Numbered from the whole stretch's first letter, positions 26,871 through 40,006 are shown. The stretch is DNA of 63,644 nt, filler included, from Reticulomyxa filosa (GCA_000512085.1; 18 parts of 18 records of this genome joined end to end with filler, not necessarily neighbours in it); one strand, 5' to 3'. A program made the numbers and translations. Notes: generated from the sequence alone by a model not told the origin.

Positions 26871-28154
26871 AAGTCATTTGCTCAAATTTCTGCATCTTTA
26901 TTGTTATTTTCTTATCTAAAGCTGGTACACTTCTTTTAATATTGTATTTTTTAACTAATTACCGAGTATAAAAAAACAACCTCAAATTAAATAAAAAACT
27001 GAAAATAAAAGTAAAAATTGTACAAGCCAATAACATATGTCAAAGCAATTAAGCATTAAAACAAATTTAAAAAAAAAAGCAAAGGAAGGGAAAAGCGAAA
27101 AAAAAAAAGTGAAATAAGACGGCGCCTCAGGCGCCACCCAATTTCACCTTTTCTTTTTGCTTTTGTCTTCCTTTGCTTTTTTTTAGCTTTCCGAAATCTA
27201 TAAAAGTGTGTTTTTGGTGTATCTTTTGAAATCCCAACTGTATCGAGTAAAACTTCATTCATAATACGAGTAAATAATAGATAACAGAAAATGACGCATA
27301 TTCAAGATTAAGCCAAAACGGATCTAGTATCTTTGATCTGAACATCACAAACAGCTACAAGGTTGACGATTATAATTTTAGCAATGAAATTTTTGATACT
27401 GTTAAGTTTCATTAGTATGCTGTTTTTTATTCAAATTAAGTGAGTGAAAGTCTCAACGGGCTGAACTCGCATCTTTGTGTATATGATGGCAAATATAATC
27501 AAAAGATAGAAAGATTACGATGAGTTGTTGCGATAATATTTTATTAATGGGGAATACGAAAGATGTATTCATTGGGTTTGATTAATGTAAAAGACAGCGA
27601 ACATGAACTGAAACTAACTAAAAGAAATTTGCTCAAGAGTTGGAAAAAAAGATGAAGCGTTTGACGGGCAATTATCTGGATATTTTACAGTAGCAATTCT
27701 TAAAGGTGTGCATTTGCGAAAAGAGTGACGAAAATGCGTTAACCTCGAGAAAACTGAAAAAGGGTCACAAAATGTTAGAAAAAAAAAATATACTAAAGAC
27801 AAGTTATAAAAGAGCGTCATTCAAAACAGAATAGAATAAAACGCTAAAATGGAGTTGTTGAAAGAGGCTTGCAATTGTGGATATAAAACTGTCAATGTGA
27901 AATAAGTTGTGATCATACAAGCAATAAACTTGTGAAATTTCAAGGAAAAACTAACTTTTGTTTTTTCCACTTTAATTTAAAAAAGACTTTCCTTGATAGA
28001 AAGAGTAATTATAATTTGATATTGTTAGAAAATTTTTGCCTGAATAATATCGAANNNNNNNNNNNNNNNNNNNNNNNNNNNNNNNNNNNNNNNNNNNNTT
28101 AATTAATTAANNNNNNNNNNNNNNNNNNNNNNNNNNNNNNNNNNNNNNNNNNNN

Positions 28155-29200
28155 CTAAATGACGATAATGCCAGCATCTCAATGCAAGACATCAAAAAAT
28201 ATCAGTTCCACATGATGCTTCCCTATCGACGCATTATCTTCAATCTAACCATATTTCATTTGTCCAAATGAACAAACAAACAAATAATTTAGAGCTATTT
28301 TTGTCTTATGTTCCAGTTGTTTTTTTCTTCTTCCTTCTCCTCATCCTCCTCCTCTCTTCATCTTCGTCTTTATCTTATTTCAATTGTGCATCCTTGCTTT
28401 AGTCCAACTCCCCGATGAGAAAGGGCACATTTGCCGTTGGCAAGGAGGTGGAAAAGATGCAATGCGAGTAACAAGGAGGGGCAATGCAACACACGAAGCG
28501 AAGGAAAAAAAAAAAAAAAAACAACTAAACTTGAAGATAATCATCAGATAGGTTGTGCTCCCAGCGTTAGTTTGATCCAATTCAATTACGTAGAGCATAT
28601 TTTGGTAGTGTAGCTCCGCGTTATTCCGTCATTGACGAATGGGGATATGGGAGCCGCTCGTATTGGGGGATAAATGTCACTTTCACGAATGCTTTTTTCA
28701 CGCATTACTGCATCCAAGTCTTGGCACTTCATGTACGTCTATACCACCCCACACATCAACATACAGATACAACAACATCATATACTTATACGTGTATACA
28801 TATACATATATATATATATATATGCGTACACAAGTTGGAGTGCCCTTAGAGAGGAAACTACAGGAGAAACAAAACATTAAAAGGAAAAGAGCGCAAGTTC
28901 CAAAAACCATTTCCACATCGAATTTGCCACATACGAAATATACTTGATTTGGATCAAACGCTGACCTGTCATCACCACACATCAGCAACCTGCCAAAGTC
29001 TTTACATTTTGATACTCAAACTTTTCCTTTCGATCCGTGTTTTTGCAGACCATTCCAAAAAAAAAAAAAAAAGTCACAGCAGATGTTGTAAGTTGAAAGT
29101 AAAAACAAAATAAAATAAAATTAAAAAATTAAGCAACTAACTTTCTTCCCTGGATACTCTTCACAACGTGGAAATGGTTCAATTTCTTCAATTTGATTTA
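28155..29200 (-). CDS. Hypothetical multi-exon protein fragment
   Basis: GC-richer exon-like blocks separated by poly-A/(TA)n introns. No family recognised. Confidence 0.35.
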
Positions 29201-30229
29201 AAAAGTTTCGATCTGTGTGTGACACGCAAAAAGTAGTCAAACATCTTCACGAGAATTCGGAGAAAAGAGAAGGTGGAGATAGAAAAAAAAAAAAAAAAGG
29301 GGTTTATAAAAAAAAAGACACGTCTGGGGTACCGTTTTTTGTTCTCAATTGCAACGTTCACTATTTTTCTTTGTTTTGCAAAAAGGCTCCTTTAAGTCAG
29401 GCCCATTTTTGTTCACATCCTTTTTTTTTTAAAAAAAAAAACACAAAAAATCGTATATGTATACATACATTTTTTTGTTCGTGCTGTCTCCTTNNNNNNN
29501 NNNNNNNNNNNNNNNNNNNNNNNNNNNNNNNNNNNNNTTAATTAATTAANNNNNNNNNNNNNNNNNNNNNNNNNNNNNNNNNNNNNNNNNNNNATTTAGG
29601 TCAAATGATTGTGCAAAGTTTAGCAAGGTTTTAATTTGAACATTTCCCCTACAAAAAAGAAAAAACTAAAAAAAAAGTGACGCGAAATTTTAAATAAGGT
29701 ATACAAATCAAAGATTTAATCGAGTTCAACACTACCTCGATCATAAGTGGTAGTGGAACTACTGAGGTTTCACTGCGGAGAAATAGGAACGGGCTGGGGC
29801 GGTGTACGTGGAGCACGCAGGCGCAATGGTGTGCCACCGAGATATTTAGACTGGCACTGCATTTTGAATATGCTTAAAAAATATCACAAACAAAAACTGA
29901 GTAAGCACTGTCTATTTCCAAGTGAACTTGTGAGAAAAAAAATAAAGGTCAATAAATAATGAGTTAGTCATACAAAAATTCATAAAAAGAGTTTTTGAAT
30001 ATTATGTTTTTTTTTAAGCTTTTGCACTGGTAGGGCTGTGAGATGTCAGATACTACATGCTTCATCTTTCACACTAAACTAATTTTGAGCCACTGACTAT
30101 ACCCTAAAATGCAAACAAAGCAAGTTTAGGCACATGGACCAAAATGAGTCGTGGTACCACTTAAAAGAAAACAAAAATTTAAAACTGTCACAAAACAAAA
30201 TAAACAAAATTGGTAATATTATAAAGAAA

Positions 30230-33200
30230 ATTGAATAGTTGTCAGAACATAAATTTTAAGTTGAATTTAAATCTTTCTTCCCGTTGTCACAATGAACTTT
30301 GCAAGTTCCTTGACAACTTTGATTATTATGTTATGATCCCATATATTGTCACCGACCACCAAACTCAGCATGTTCGATGTCTCGAATTGCAAATGCGGAA
30401 ACAATGCATTGATTGCTGCTAGCCATACATCTCTAAGTCATTCATAATGTGGACATTCAATCAGTAAGTGCTACACTGTTTAACATTCTCATTCGCACCA
30501 CTTGCAATCTGGTGTGTAACCTCGTTTGATCTTGAATATAAAACCATTTAGTGCCACTTTGCAAGTGACGATCCTGCAAATAAATCTGCGATCGTGATAT
30601 TCAAACTTGTGGAGCAAAATCTTTTCAAATGATTTGACTTCAATCAGGCTACGCAAGAATAGTTTCGGATGCTTATGAAGCTATATTTCATTCACTTCTT
30701 CGTTAAATGCAAGTTTCACTATTATGTGAAAAATGGATTCAGTATATGAACTGATAGGGCTTGTATGGCCTTCTGAATAACACGTGTTGTTACATTTCTG
30801 CTTTAAGTCTTGCAATTTTTGTCACTGAGTCTGTTCGTTTCATGAAATGACTGAATGTCACTTAATCCAATATATTTCAGGAACTCCATTTTCTCCAAGA
30901 TTATTCATTAATTTCTGTCAATATGCGATGGTGAAGTTATAATTATATGAATTAAACTTGTTGTGGACCGTGTTTACAGCAAATTTACAATTATATAGAA
31001 TAATAATACTTGCATTTGTGTCTTTGTAATGTACTTGCAAATGACTTAGTGATTGCCGAATTGATTCAATATCGCTTGCAATCATTGTTGTTATCACTTT
31101 GATTGGGAACTCAAACTCAATTCATTGGGGGAATGATTGGTCTTGGATAACTAATCCTGCCCACCCAGTCCTGGCTCTGGCTTGGTGCGAATATCACAAT
31201 AGTCTTGCTGTCAAATGATAATAATAGTTACTTTTGTGTCAGCTTGCTCATTTCTCAAATGGTGACTTGCTGGAGCGTGGAAGTGTATCAATTTGATTCG
31301 GTTGCTATAATGTGTAATTTTATCAGGATCCACTCTGGTCATACTAATTTCTGACATGTGGATATATGCACTGTATAAATTGTATAATTTTCCCACTACA
31401 AACAAATTTATCATCTTTTATTTCGTGATTTCTCTGCCACAATTGGTATGCAATTGTCATGTTGTATTCAGTGGACTTTTTGCACTATCTGACAAATTTC
31501 TGGAGCAACTTCACTTCTTCTTGTTGCATTCTTAGTTCAAATGGAGGCAACTGTGATATCACATTCACTGTGTTGTATGCTATCGAATTTATCATCACAA
31601 TGACCTTGCAAATCGCAATCCTTTAGACTATGTTTAGTCGTTGTTTGTGCGATTACTATGCTCCGTTCCAGAATGCAAATACAAATCAAATGATGGGCTT
31701 AATGGTTTTGTACATCAATTTGTAAAATAATATCTTGGATATTTTCTCTTGTTCTTCATCTTGAACATAATCGACTGGGTCTTGTATGGAGCCAACAGAA
31801 TCTTCCATTTGGATACCCAAGCAGATACGCTGTCCAAACTCTGCTGCAATTGATCAAACTGCAGCTCAATATCTTTTTCACTAGTATAAATGGATGTCCA
31901 CAATGCTACGTCTGCAAACATACTGCATTGAATCGGATGCTGGACTGCTTGTATGATATCGTTAAGGATAACAGCGGTGACAGTGATGATCAATGGGGTA
32001 ATCATGTTTCGAATATTTGTTCACTAGAGCGGATTCCATTTAGCACCACTTGTCCCAATCTGTCTTTGAGGAAGCTGTCCAGCCACCAGTATATCATCAA
32101 TCTTAATCCAAACTGTTTCCTCATTTTGTATCACTTCTATCTATCCACACGCTGTCATAAGCCGAAAGAATATCCGACAGCACCGCATAAGCAACTGGAT
32201 TATTGTCAAATGATGCATGGATCGATTATGTCAGTCGCAGCAATAACTAATATGTATTTTGCAATAACTGGAACCCTGATTGTCACTGGTGCAATAACTT
32301 ATTTTCATTCAAATAACACATCAATATCACTCATTTAATCCAGACATGCATGGTAGTGTGCATTCCAATCACTTCCGACGATAATGAACTCTGAAATTTG
32401 TCTTGCAGCAGCCAATTCTTTTTCAAATGATTCCAAATTGAAAGTGATCAATGCTAGCGGTGCTACTTCTTCTCATTCTTCTTCAGAAAATTTGTAATAA
32501 ACATGATTATTCTACAGGTTACTGTTATACTACAGAATATGACTGACTTTCTTTAGCATGTGCAGCTGGTTTTCACTCAAATGTCTTTTGACTTGTATTT
32601 AGGTCTCGACACATTATGCTTGATCTTACTGTTTCACTCCAGAACTGGCTATACGTATTCTGGAACTGTTTGTTAATTCTGTTATCCGACCGGAAACACT
32701 ACTGAAAGATAGAGATGTGGTTAGACTGCATATAGGTTTGCTCAAGCAGTTGGGCTTTCGAATAGAAGCAGCTGTTGTTTTGGAATATGATCGACTCATT
32801 CATTGACCATATTCCAAGAAACTGTTTTCCTGTTTGCTGTGATTGTTATCTTCTTCTTCTTGATATCGAATAAGCTGTTTCAATGACTGAACAATTGCTG
32901 ATAACCCTTCAACAGTTGCGCAAAGTTTTGCAATTTCTGCTCGTAACTGTGACACTTCGTCGCTCCTGTTAGTCTTGTCTGTTGATGTTATTGTTATTAT
33001 TGCGCTTACATCTAGATCTTTGCCTTGGGCTTGATGATCTGAGTCTTTGAGTTCTTTGTTCTTGTGCTTGATACTGTTGATATGATTTCAGATTATGTGC
33101 ACTTGTTTCAATTGGTCATTTATCTATCTGTTTTTGTGTTTGCTTCTAAATTCTTTGCTCAAGTTTCAGTATTATCACTTTTTCTAGTCTTGATAAGTTA

Positions 33201-33700
33201 ATTCTAATTTTTTGTCGAACTTCTAGGATCATATGACACAAGATAGAATCACATGCATGATATCTGCTGCACAAGATACATATATAAGTGATTGGCTTTT
33301 TCTTGTTATAGCAATCTTCAGACTTATTGTTCTTTCGTCTGCAGTGCTTGCATATCTGGTTCTTGGTGCAATCTTTAGCAAATTAGTTCAAGCCGAAGTA
33401 ATTCTTACATTGAATGAAATGAGACCGATATCTGCTCATGTAGTTGTCAAATAGCTCGCAAATAACATATCAGTACCTAATTCTTACTTCCTTTTCTTGT
33501 ATTGCTCTTTTCACATCATTTGGTGTGTCAAATAGAACTTTTATCATTGGAAGACCTTTAAACATATACACTTTATCCACGTTGTATTCCATTTCTTGCG
33601 GTGCTTTCATAATATCATCATCGTTTTCATTCGGAGAAACATTTTTCATGAACACATATATGTTCGTTTCAGTTTCTTCTAATTAATGTCTTCTTTTTTC
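30230..33700 (-). mobile_element. Degraded near-full-length LINE (ORF1, AP endonuclease, RT, RNase H, CCHC)
   Basis: In 5'-3' order: ORF1-like relic at 33200-33690; APE motif IVGSDWNAHYH (32346-32385); RT AYDSVW (32145-32162), ET*LPH*S (cf. GLPQGS) and MFAD-VALW (31895-31921); RNase H PEIYWIK*HS (~30850-30890); HLLIECPHY (30443-30478). Confidence 0.85.
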
Positions 33701-34759
33701 CTTCTGCTAGCTTGCGTACTCAGATTGTATATAAAGCATTTTTTTTTTTGTCTTAAACATTTTCTTCTTCTGGTTCATATGGAGAATGAATATGACTGAA
33801 TCTATTGTCAATGCAATCCAATGTATTTTTGTCTATTTGTCGATTGTTGAAATACAAGTATATTGTTCGTAATGTCTGCGAGAATGTATTTATCTTCACT
33901 TTTGTGGCTATTGCATTCTTGGAATCACTGATGCCGTTTATCGTATTGATTTTCCATCAACTGGAGTTAGTATAATTGTTGGTGATATTCTACATAAGTA
34001 TTTTAGTGATGTTTTCTAGTTGCTTTCAATATTGTTATATAATCGACTTCTTCTCAGTTGCAGCTGTTCGTGCATTTTCATATAACAAATGCTCTTAGTT
34101 ATTGCTATTGAAATTTCATTTTTTTAATGCTTATTTCCAGGTTTATGTTGGATTTTTATCGTCACTATCTTCTTCATCATGAAATAGATTTATCTTTTTT
34201 GAATGAGTCTAATGTCGTGGTGATGCTTGACATCACTAATTTTGCCTTTGACAACTCTTGCATTTTCACGAAAATTGACATTATCTAAATCAATTCTCTT
34301 CTGTTTCCAATTTACTTTCTTACCAACATAAGACACATTTGGTAATTTTAATTGACTTTTTTCTTTCTATTGAACAAGTAATTGTCTTAAACTAGACACA
34401 TTTTGCAATGTGGTCGTACAAATATGATACTAATTGCTTTTTTTTTGATAAGACCTTATTTTGACTATGTAATTGTCTTTTATTTCTTCAAAAAATGAAC
34501 TTCAAATCTAAGCATATGTTTAAGTATCTTTATTATATAAATACTAATTCTTTCCAACAAACAACTTCAGATATTGATTATGTATTGTGTTTTGTTTTTT
34601 TTTTAATATCATGTGTAAATAAAACAAAATCACCACTTTCATAAAATTCCACATGCAATTCCAGAATAATCAAAAAAAAAAAAGTTTGAATATAGTGATA
34701 AAACAGCATATCAGAAAAATAAATAAATAAATTATCACAATGAAAATACCATTTCTCCA

Positions 34760-35639
34760 AATTTGTGCTAGTTCAACACCAAATCAATACATTGTCAGCG
34801 TTTGATCTTCGAATGGATATTTTTGCAACAGCAACACTTTGTTACACATACATTCGTTGTTCAAGTCTTGTAATATTTGTATTCGTTCCTTACAAACTGT
34901 ACAATATCTTCGTCATCATTCATTGTCACCATATCAACTTGTGTAATACGATTGCGATTCTCCTTTTCTATCTTCAACAGGTGTTCTTCCATATATTCTA
35001 CAATGCTATCCTCTTCGCCACGCTATAGTCTTTCTTGTCTTTATCTTATATCTGCCACGTCTACTTTTAGCTGCAGATTCCATTGTAAAGACAAGATCAC
35101 GTCGAGTATCTTTTGATTGAGTGATAAATTTTTATTTTTTTGCAATCAATCAAATAGTGTTTTTGTGTATGTATTATATAATTTCTACTCTTTTTTTTAT
35201 AAAAAAAGAAAAATACCTGTTTTGCATAATCGTAGTTATACGCCAACACGTTGTCCAACACCGTATCAAACATCTAGTCGTCAAAACATAGCACAAGACC
35301 GTAACCGGTGGACCAGCCACATGAGAGTTTGTACATGATTTATTGTAAGATGATCTTCTCTGGAGGTCGGTCCGTGTGAAGTAGTAACGCTTCAGTCCCA
35401 CTTTCGTCTCGTAGAAAAAAACGCTTTGGACTAGGTCGGGCTTGAACGAGATAATGTGCCATAAAAGATTTTGGAGCTTGTCTATCGGCTCGTAACATGT
35501 TGTACCCAGCGGGCGGCCAATGTGGAGGGCGAAGGTGCTTGTGATAGAGCTTGTCACCACATTCATCTAAGCTTTCGCGGTAAAAATTCAATCGAAGTTT
35601 AATTTGCTCTGACGAAGAAAGACCAATACAATTATCCAT
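34760..35639 (-). pseudogene. Hypothetical gene or pseudogene
   Basis: ATG at 35639 opens a 99-aa ORF that continues in shifted frames with stops into a charged, coiled-coil-like segment. Confidence 0.35.
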
Positions 35640-35881
35640 TTTATTTTTTTAGCTGATGAACGTTACTTTCCCCCTCTCTTGTCGTTTGGTGCTACACCAG
35701 CTAATTGTTTGACAAAAGTGTGGCTGTCACAAATATTATAACTTGAAGTTAAGTGTTCACCCTCAGACTGTGGAACAATTCTATTCTTTGAATACGATTA
35801 ACACTTATACCCGTGAACGAGAGAGGTTTTTTGTTCAAAACAAAGAACTAGCAAAAAATAAATAACGCTGAGTTACTTTCC

Positions 35882-36493
35882 ATGAAGCTGTCGTATAAGA
35901 AACCAAATGGATATCTTGGGCACTGGTATGAGGGCCAGCCAGTAAAATTTTATAGTGTTACTCTGGAGCAATGGCTCCCTGGTGAGATTTATTCGATTTT
36001 CCCGGACGAAGAAGGACCGCATGTAGATGTTCGTTATTGGCTTGAGTTTCAATTGAAAAACAAATTATTGAATCCCAATTCTGATTATCTTCGCCCCATA
36101 CGCAACGTTTTGAATATTTTATAAGCTCCTCCCCTGGCAATAACAAGTCAAATCATATTACTCAAAACAATAATTACTTTGTTTTGTTTTTTTTTGGGGG
36201 GGGGGATTATTGAAAAACGAAAAATAACGAAGGCACCAACTCGAAGTAGTTGGACAATAGGAACAACAATTGAATGTTGGAGCAATACACATAAAGGTTG
36301 GTTTCCAGCACAAATTGTAAGTATACGGGAGTGTACAGTTGACGGGAACGAGAGCACTCAAGACGAATGGTTGAAGTTGGAGTGGCAAGGAATGACAGTC
36401 GATGGAGAGTTGCAAATTATATCCAAAGAGGTTTGCAGAAGCTCTTTTTTGATACGTTACGGTTATCCAGGCATGGAAGATGAACTAGTTTTG

Positions 36494-36531
<38 letters not shown>
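35882..36531 (+). CDS. Protein with tandem Tudor/Agenet-like (SH3-barrel) domains, 3'-truncated
   Basis: Two homologous units: WYEGQPVKFYSVTLEQWLPGEIYSI..VDVRY..SDYLRP and WTIGTTIECWSNTHKGWFPAQIVSI..WLKLEW..SFLIR. Confidence 0.6.
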
Positions 36532-36631
36532 NNNNNNNNNNNNNNNNNNNNNNNNNNNNNNNNNNNNNNNNNNNNTTAATTAATTAANNNNNNNNNNNNN
36601 NNNNNNNNNNNNNNNNNNNNNNNNNNNNNNN

Positions 36632-37141
36632 AACTCAACTTGTCTGGCCATTGTCGTTCCATGACGCACTAATGAACCACTTGGAATACTTATTTCTGCC
36701 AGGTATCCTTCTGTTTCTGGCTTCAAACTTACTATCAAGTCTCCCACTTGAATCTTTTTTTTTTTTTTGGCCCCGTCCCCCCCCCCCATCATCACCCCCC
36801 CCCAAAAAAAAAGTTAGTATATACGTAAAAACGCGTATAAATATGTATTTAATATTTGTATATTATATTTGTCATAGGGAACGTGTAGTTTTGTTTGACT
36901 TGCATACATCACAAATGGCCTCTTTGGGGTTCAATTTGTCGCCCACGTGCTTGTGCCAACGCAAAATTTTCCCACTCTCCTCCTCTTCCAGAATTTGAGG
37001 CATTTTTATTCGCGTGTGATCGGGCAATTCGTCTGAACTTGACCATCTTCGAGCCAAATTTGACACAATTGGGGGAGGGAAATTCACATGATGATGACGC
37101 TTCAACGGATTTAATCTCAATAATTGTCTAAATGTTCTCAT
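36632..37141 (-). CDS. Mitochondrial lipoyl-domain protein (PDH E2/E3BP-like N-terminus), 3'-truncated
   Basis: Arg-rich presequence MRTFRQLLRL..RRWSS, then LPDHTRIKMP..GKILRWHKHVGDKL..AICD|IQVGDL..EGYLAEI. One intron at about 36755-36907. Confidence 0.8.
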
Positions 37142-37304
37142 TGTTCGGGATTTGCTTTTTTTGTCCCTTCCCCCCTTCAGATTTTTCTAACTGGAAGAAC
37201 TAAGACCGTGTGAAAATGTCAATTGTTTCCATAAAAAATGAAAAATAATATTTTTAATTGTCACGAAATATACAGAAAGTGTTTTGTGTTCATATCGTCA
37301 CTGA

Positions 37305-37533
37305 TGTGGGGAGTCTACTGTGAAGAGCTACACTAAATGTAATACGAAAAGGTTTTACTCGAACGAGAGTGACTTTCAGTAAAACAAAGTAAATTAAATA
37401 ATAAATCAAAATGACAAAAAGGAAAGTAAGAAAAGCAAGGAAGTAAGAAGTAGTTGGTTGAGTAAGTTTAACCCAAAGGGAGCTCCTAAGTTCCATAAGA
37501 GTTCGACCATGTACGGTAAGGGCTTGCCCTACA
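37305..37533 (+). mobile_element. Solo-LTR-like element (229 bp)
   Basis: TGTGGG...CCCTACA termini, perfect 4-bp TSD CTGA, internal AATAAA. Confidence 0.75.
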
Positions 37534-37670
37534 CTGAGTAAAAAAGTATAGAAAAATTTTAAAAATGTGAAAATTTAAAAGTATATACGAGGTCATGAGT
37601 TTATTGTATTTTGCATTTTTTTTTTTGGCTTCATTTCTATTCGGTACTAGAAAAGTATACCAAAATTACT

Positions 37671-38420
37671 TTATTTTTCCTTATGGAATGATCCGAACGC
37701 AAACTCTTGAATAATAAACGATAATTCATGCAACGGCAATTTGTGAGCGTACAAGATTTTGTGCACAACTCTCTTTTTTTTGTCTGTTGCATCATTACTA
37801 CCGCGTAGCAGGGATATCATATCATCTAAAATACAAACATTACTTTCACTTTTTTTTTGGACAAATCAAACCAAGCAACTTGGAGTTTTTTTTTCCGAGA
37901 TGAACTTACCGTCAATCTGAGCAGAGAGTTTGTCAACAATGATGTCAAGTGACAACAAATATCCCAAGGCTTCAAACTTTTCGTAAAATATAGCTGTGAA
38001 TATAGGAGAGAAGCCATTGACATCTTTCACACAAAAGTCACACCCCCATTCCACAATTAAAGTGTTCAACAAGGGGACGTGCCCATATTTCGCAGCTATA
38101 TGAATTAATCTCATTCCCTTGAAGTTAAATGCTACGTTGACATCTAGAAACTGTTGAAGTGAAAGCGTCTTGCACCATTCCAATAATTGTAAAAGCCAAA
38201 CTGCGAGCTTTTTTTTGTTTCATTAAATTAAAAATGTTTAATTATAAAAAAATGATGATTTATTTTCTGGAAACATAATTTGTTAAAGACTAAACTTCTG
38301 GTTTTGCTCCGTGCAAATTAATCATCCATTCTGCAATAATAGATGGACTTATAGCACATTGTAAACACTGACCCAGCCATTTGGAGATTGTTGAAAACGA
38401 GTCTGGACGAGCTTCCAAAA
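37671..38420 (-). CDS. Ankyrin-repeat protein with C-terminal SOCS-box-like tail
   Basis: LIHIAAKYGHVPLLNTLI..DVNGFSPIFTAIFYEKFEALGYLL. Last exon ..RVVHKILYAHKLPLHELSFIIQEFAFGSFHKEK* (stop at 37671). 5' end uncertain. Confidence 0.75.
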
Positions 38421-38989
38421 GATAGCTAAAATAATTAAACGTATACTATAAAAGCCAATAAACAAAAAAAGAAAAAAAATTGTTTGAAAAGTTAAATTTG
38501 AAAGCTTAACAAAAGAACACGTGTATTATTAAAAAGAAAAATAAATTAAATTTTGAAACTTTTTGTGTCGAATTTAGATTATCGGCAACATTTCGTATAG
38601 TCAATGACATACTTTAATGCTTAAATATTTTGATTGGTTTTTGTTTGATTTGTTGTGACGCAAAGGTGATACATTTTAGGGAGGAAATCTATCGTTGTTT
38701 ATAAATAATTAAAAGATGAAATCTTTTGTTTTTACCACAAAAAAAACTAAAATATAACATGAAATATTTTTCTGCTTTTTAAGTTGTAAATTTCTATCGC
38801 TCAAAAAAAATTTTTAGTGAAAAATTTTCATTCTAACAGAGACAAGAGGAATGCTTTTTACTTTATTTATTTGTTTTTTCATTTTCTGCATTTGTCCATT
38901 TACAAAAAGAGCCAAACTTTGTAGAAAGGGCAAAAAAACAAATTCATAATTACTGAACAAGTCAGAACAAAAAAAATTGGAAAAAATCA

Positions 38990-39170
38990 TTTTCCGTTTT
39001 GATCATCAATAGTGCAACGAAAGATGAGATAACCTACTACTTGCTACTTGTTCAACAGGATGATTCGACAGCACAAGATGCGGAAAAAGACGGTAGTTCT
39101 GACGACGATCAGAAGGACGAGAGTGAAGATCAATCTTACTGTGTGGATCGACGGTTTAATGATTTTGTAG
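38990..39170 (+). CDS. PX-domain (sorting nexin-like) N-terminal fragment, 3'-truncated
   Basis: ITYYLLLVQ...SYCVDRRFNDFV matches the PX signature Y...V.RRY/F.DF. Confidence 0.65.
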
Positions 39171-39378
39171 GTACATTGGAAAAAAAATAAAGCAAAAAAA
39201 AAAAGATCAGTACAAGGAACAGGAAGCAAAAGGGGTACCTTTTATGGAATTTTTTTTTTTTTTGTTTAAAGCACGTGTNNNNNNNNNNNNNNNNNNNNNN
39301 NNNNNNNNNNNNNNNNNNNNNNTTAATTAATTAANNNNNNNNNNNNNNNNNNNNNNNNNNNNNNNNNNNNNNNNNNNN

Positions 39379-39513
39379 TCATATTTAAAAACTACAATAC
39401 TTGTAGATATTTTTTTTAAAAAAAATTAGGTCTAAATGTTGATTTTTCATTGAGAAAATCAATTATCATCATAAGATATGTTTTAGGCGTTCAGTTTTCT
39501 TTTCAACCTACTA
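39379..39513 (+). mobile_element. Tc1-like TIR end at contig start
   Basis: Reverse complement of 18459-18590 (..CATCATAAGATATGTTTTAGGCGTTCAGTTTTCTTT.CAACCTACT). Confidence 0.8.
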
Positions 39514-39777
39514 TATTGTGTCGTTTAGAATTGACTTAAAAATTATGAATTTGAATTTTTTAAACTAAAAATATTTTAGTTTAATTGATTTTTACCTAGG
39601 AAAATAAAAAAGTACATTTAACTAAAAGGGTAATAAAACATTCAAAAGTATGTACGTATATTTGACCTAAGCATCGAAGATTCAACGATCGCGACTTGGA
39701 ATTCTTTTTTCCATAATATTGTTTGATATCTTCCAATTGTGAAATTTTTCCTAATCTGTATCTTATTTACAATATGT

Positions 39778-40006
39778 TGTGGGACGTCAGCTGGAAGAGG
39801 TTGTACTAAATGTAATACGAAAATGGTTTTGCTCAAGAAACCAATGTTCGATAAAACAAAAGTGAACTAAATAAAAGAAAGATGAATAACGCAACAAAAG
39901 AAGAAAACAAAACAAAAGAGTAAGTGAAGTTGGAGTCCCCAGTGGGCTAAAACTCCTCAACCCAGGTTCTTTCAACGTTCAGATATTTATAGGGCCTTGC
40001 CCTACA
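39778..40006 (+). mobile_element. Solo-LTR-like element (229 bp)
   Basis: TGTGGG...GGGCCTTGCCCTACA, same length as the 37305 copy. Flanks ATGT/CTGT (3 of 4 match). Confidence 0.7.

Noticed and set aside
24900-28054. Coding relics and a 16-bp tandem repeat (24901-24940) in this contig
   Set aside because: Too decayed to assign apart from the WD40 remnant. The short repeat has no spacers.
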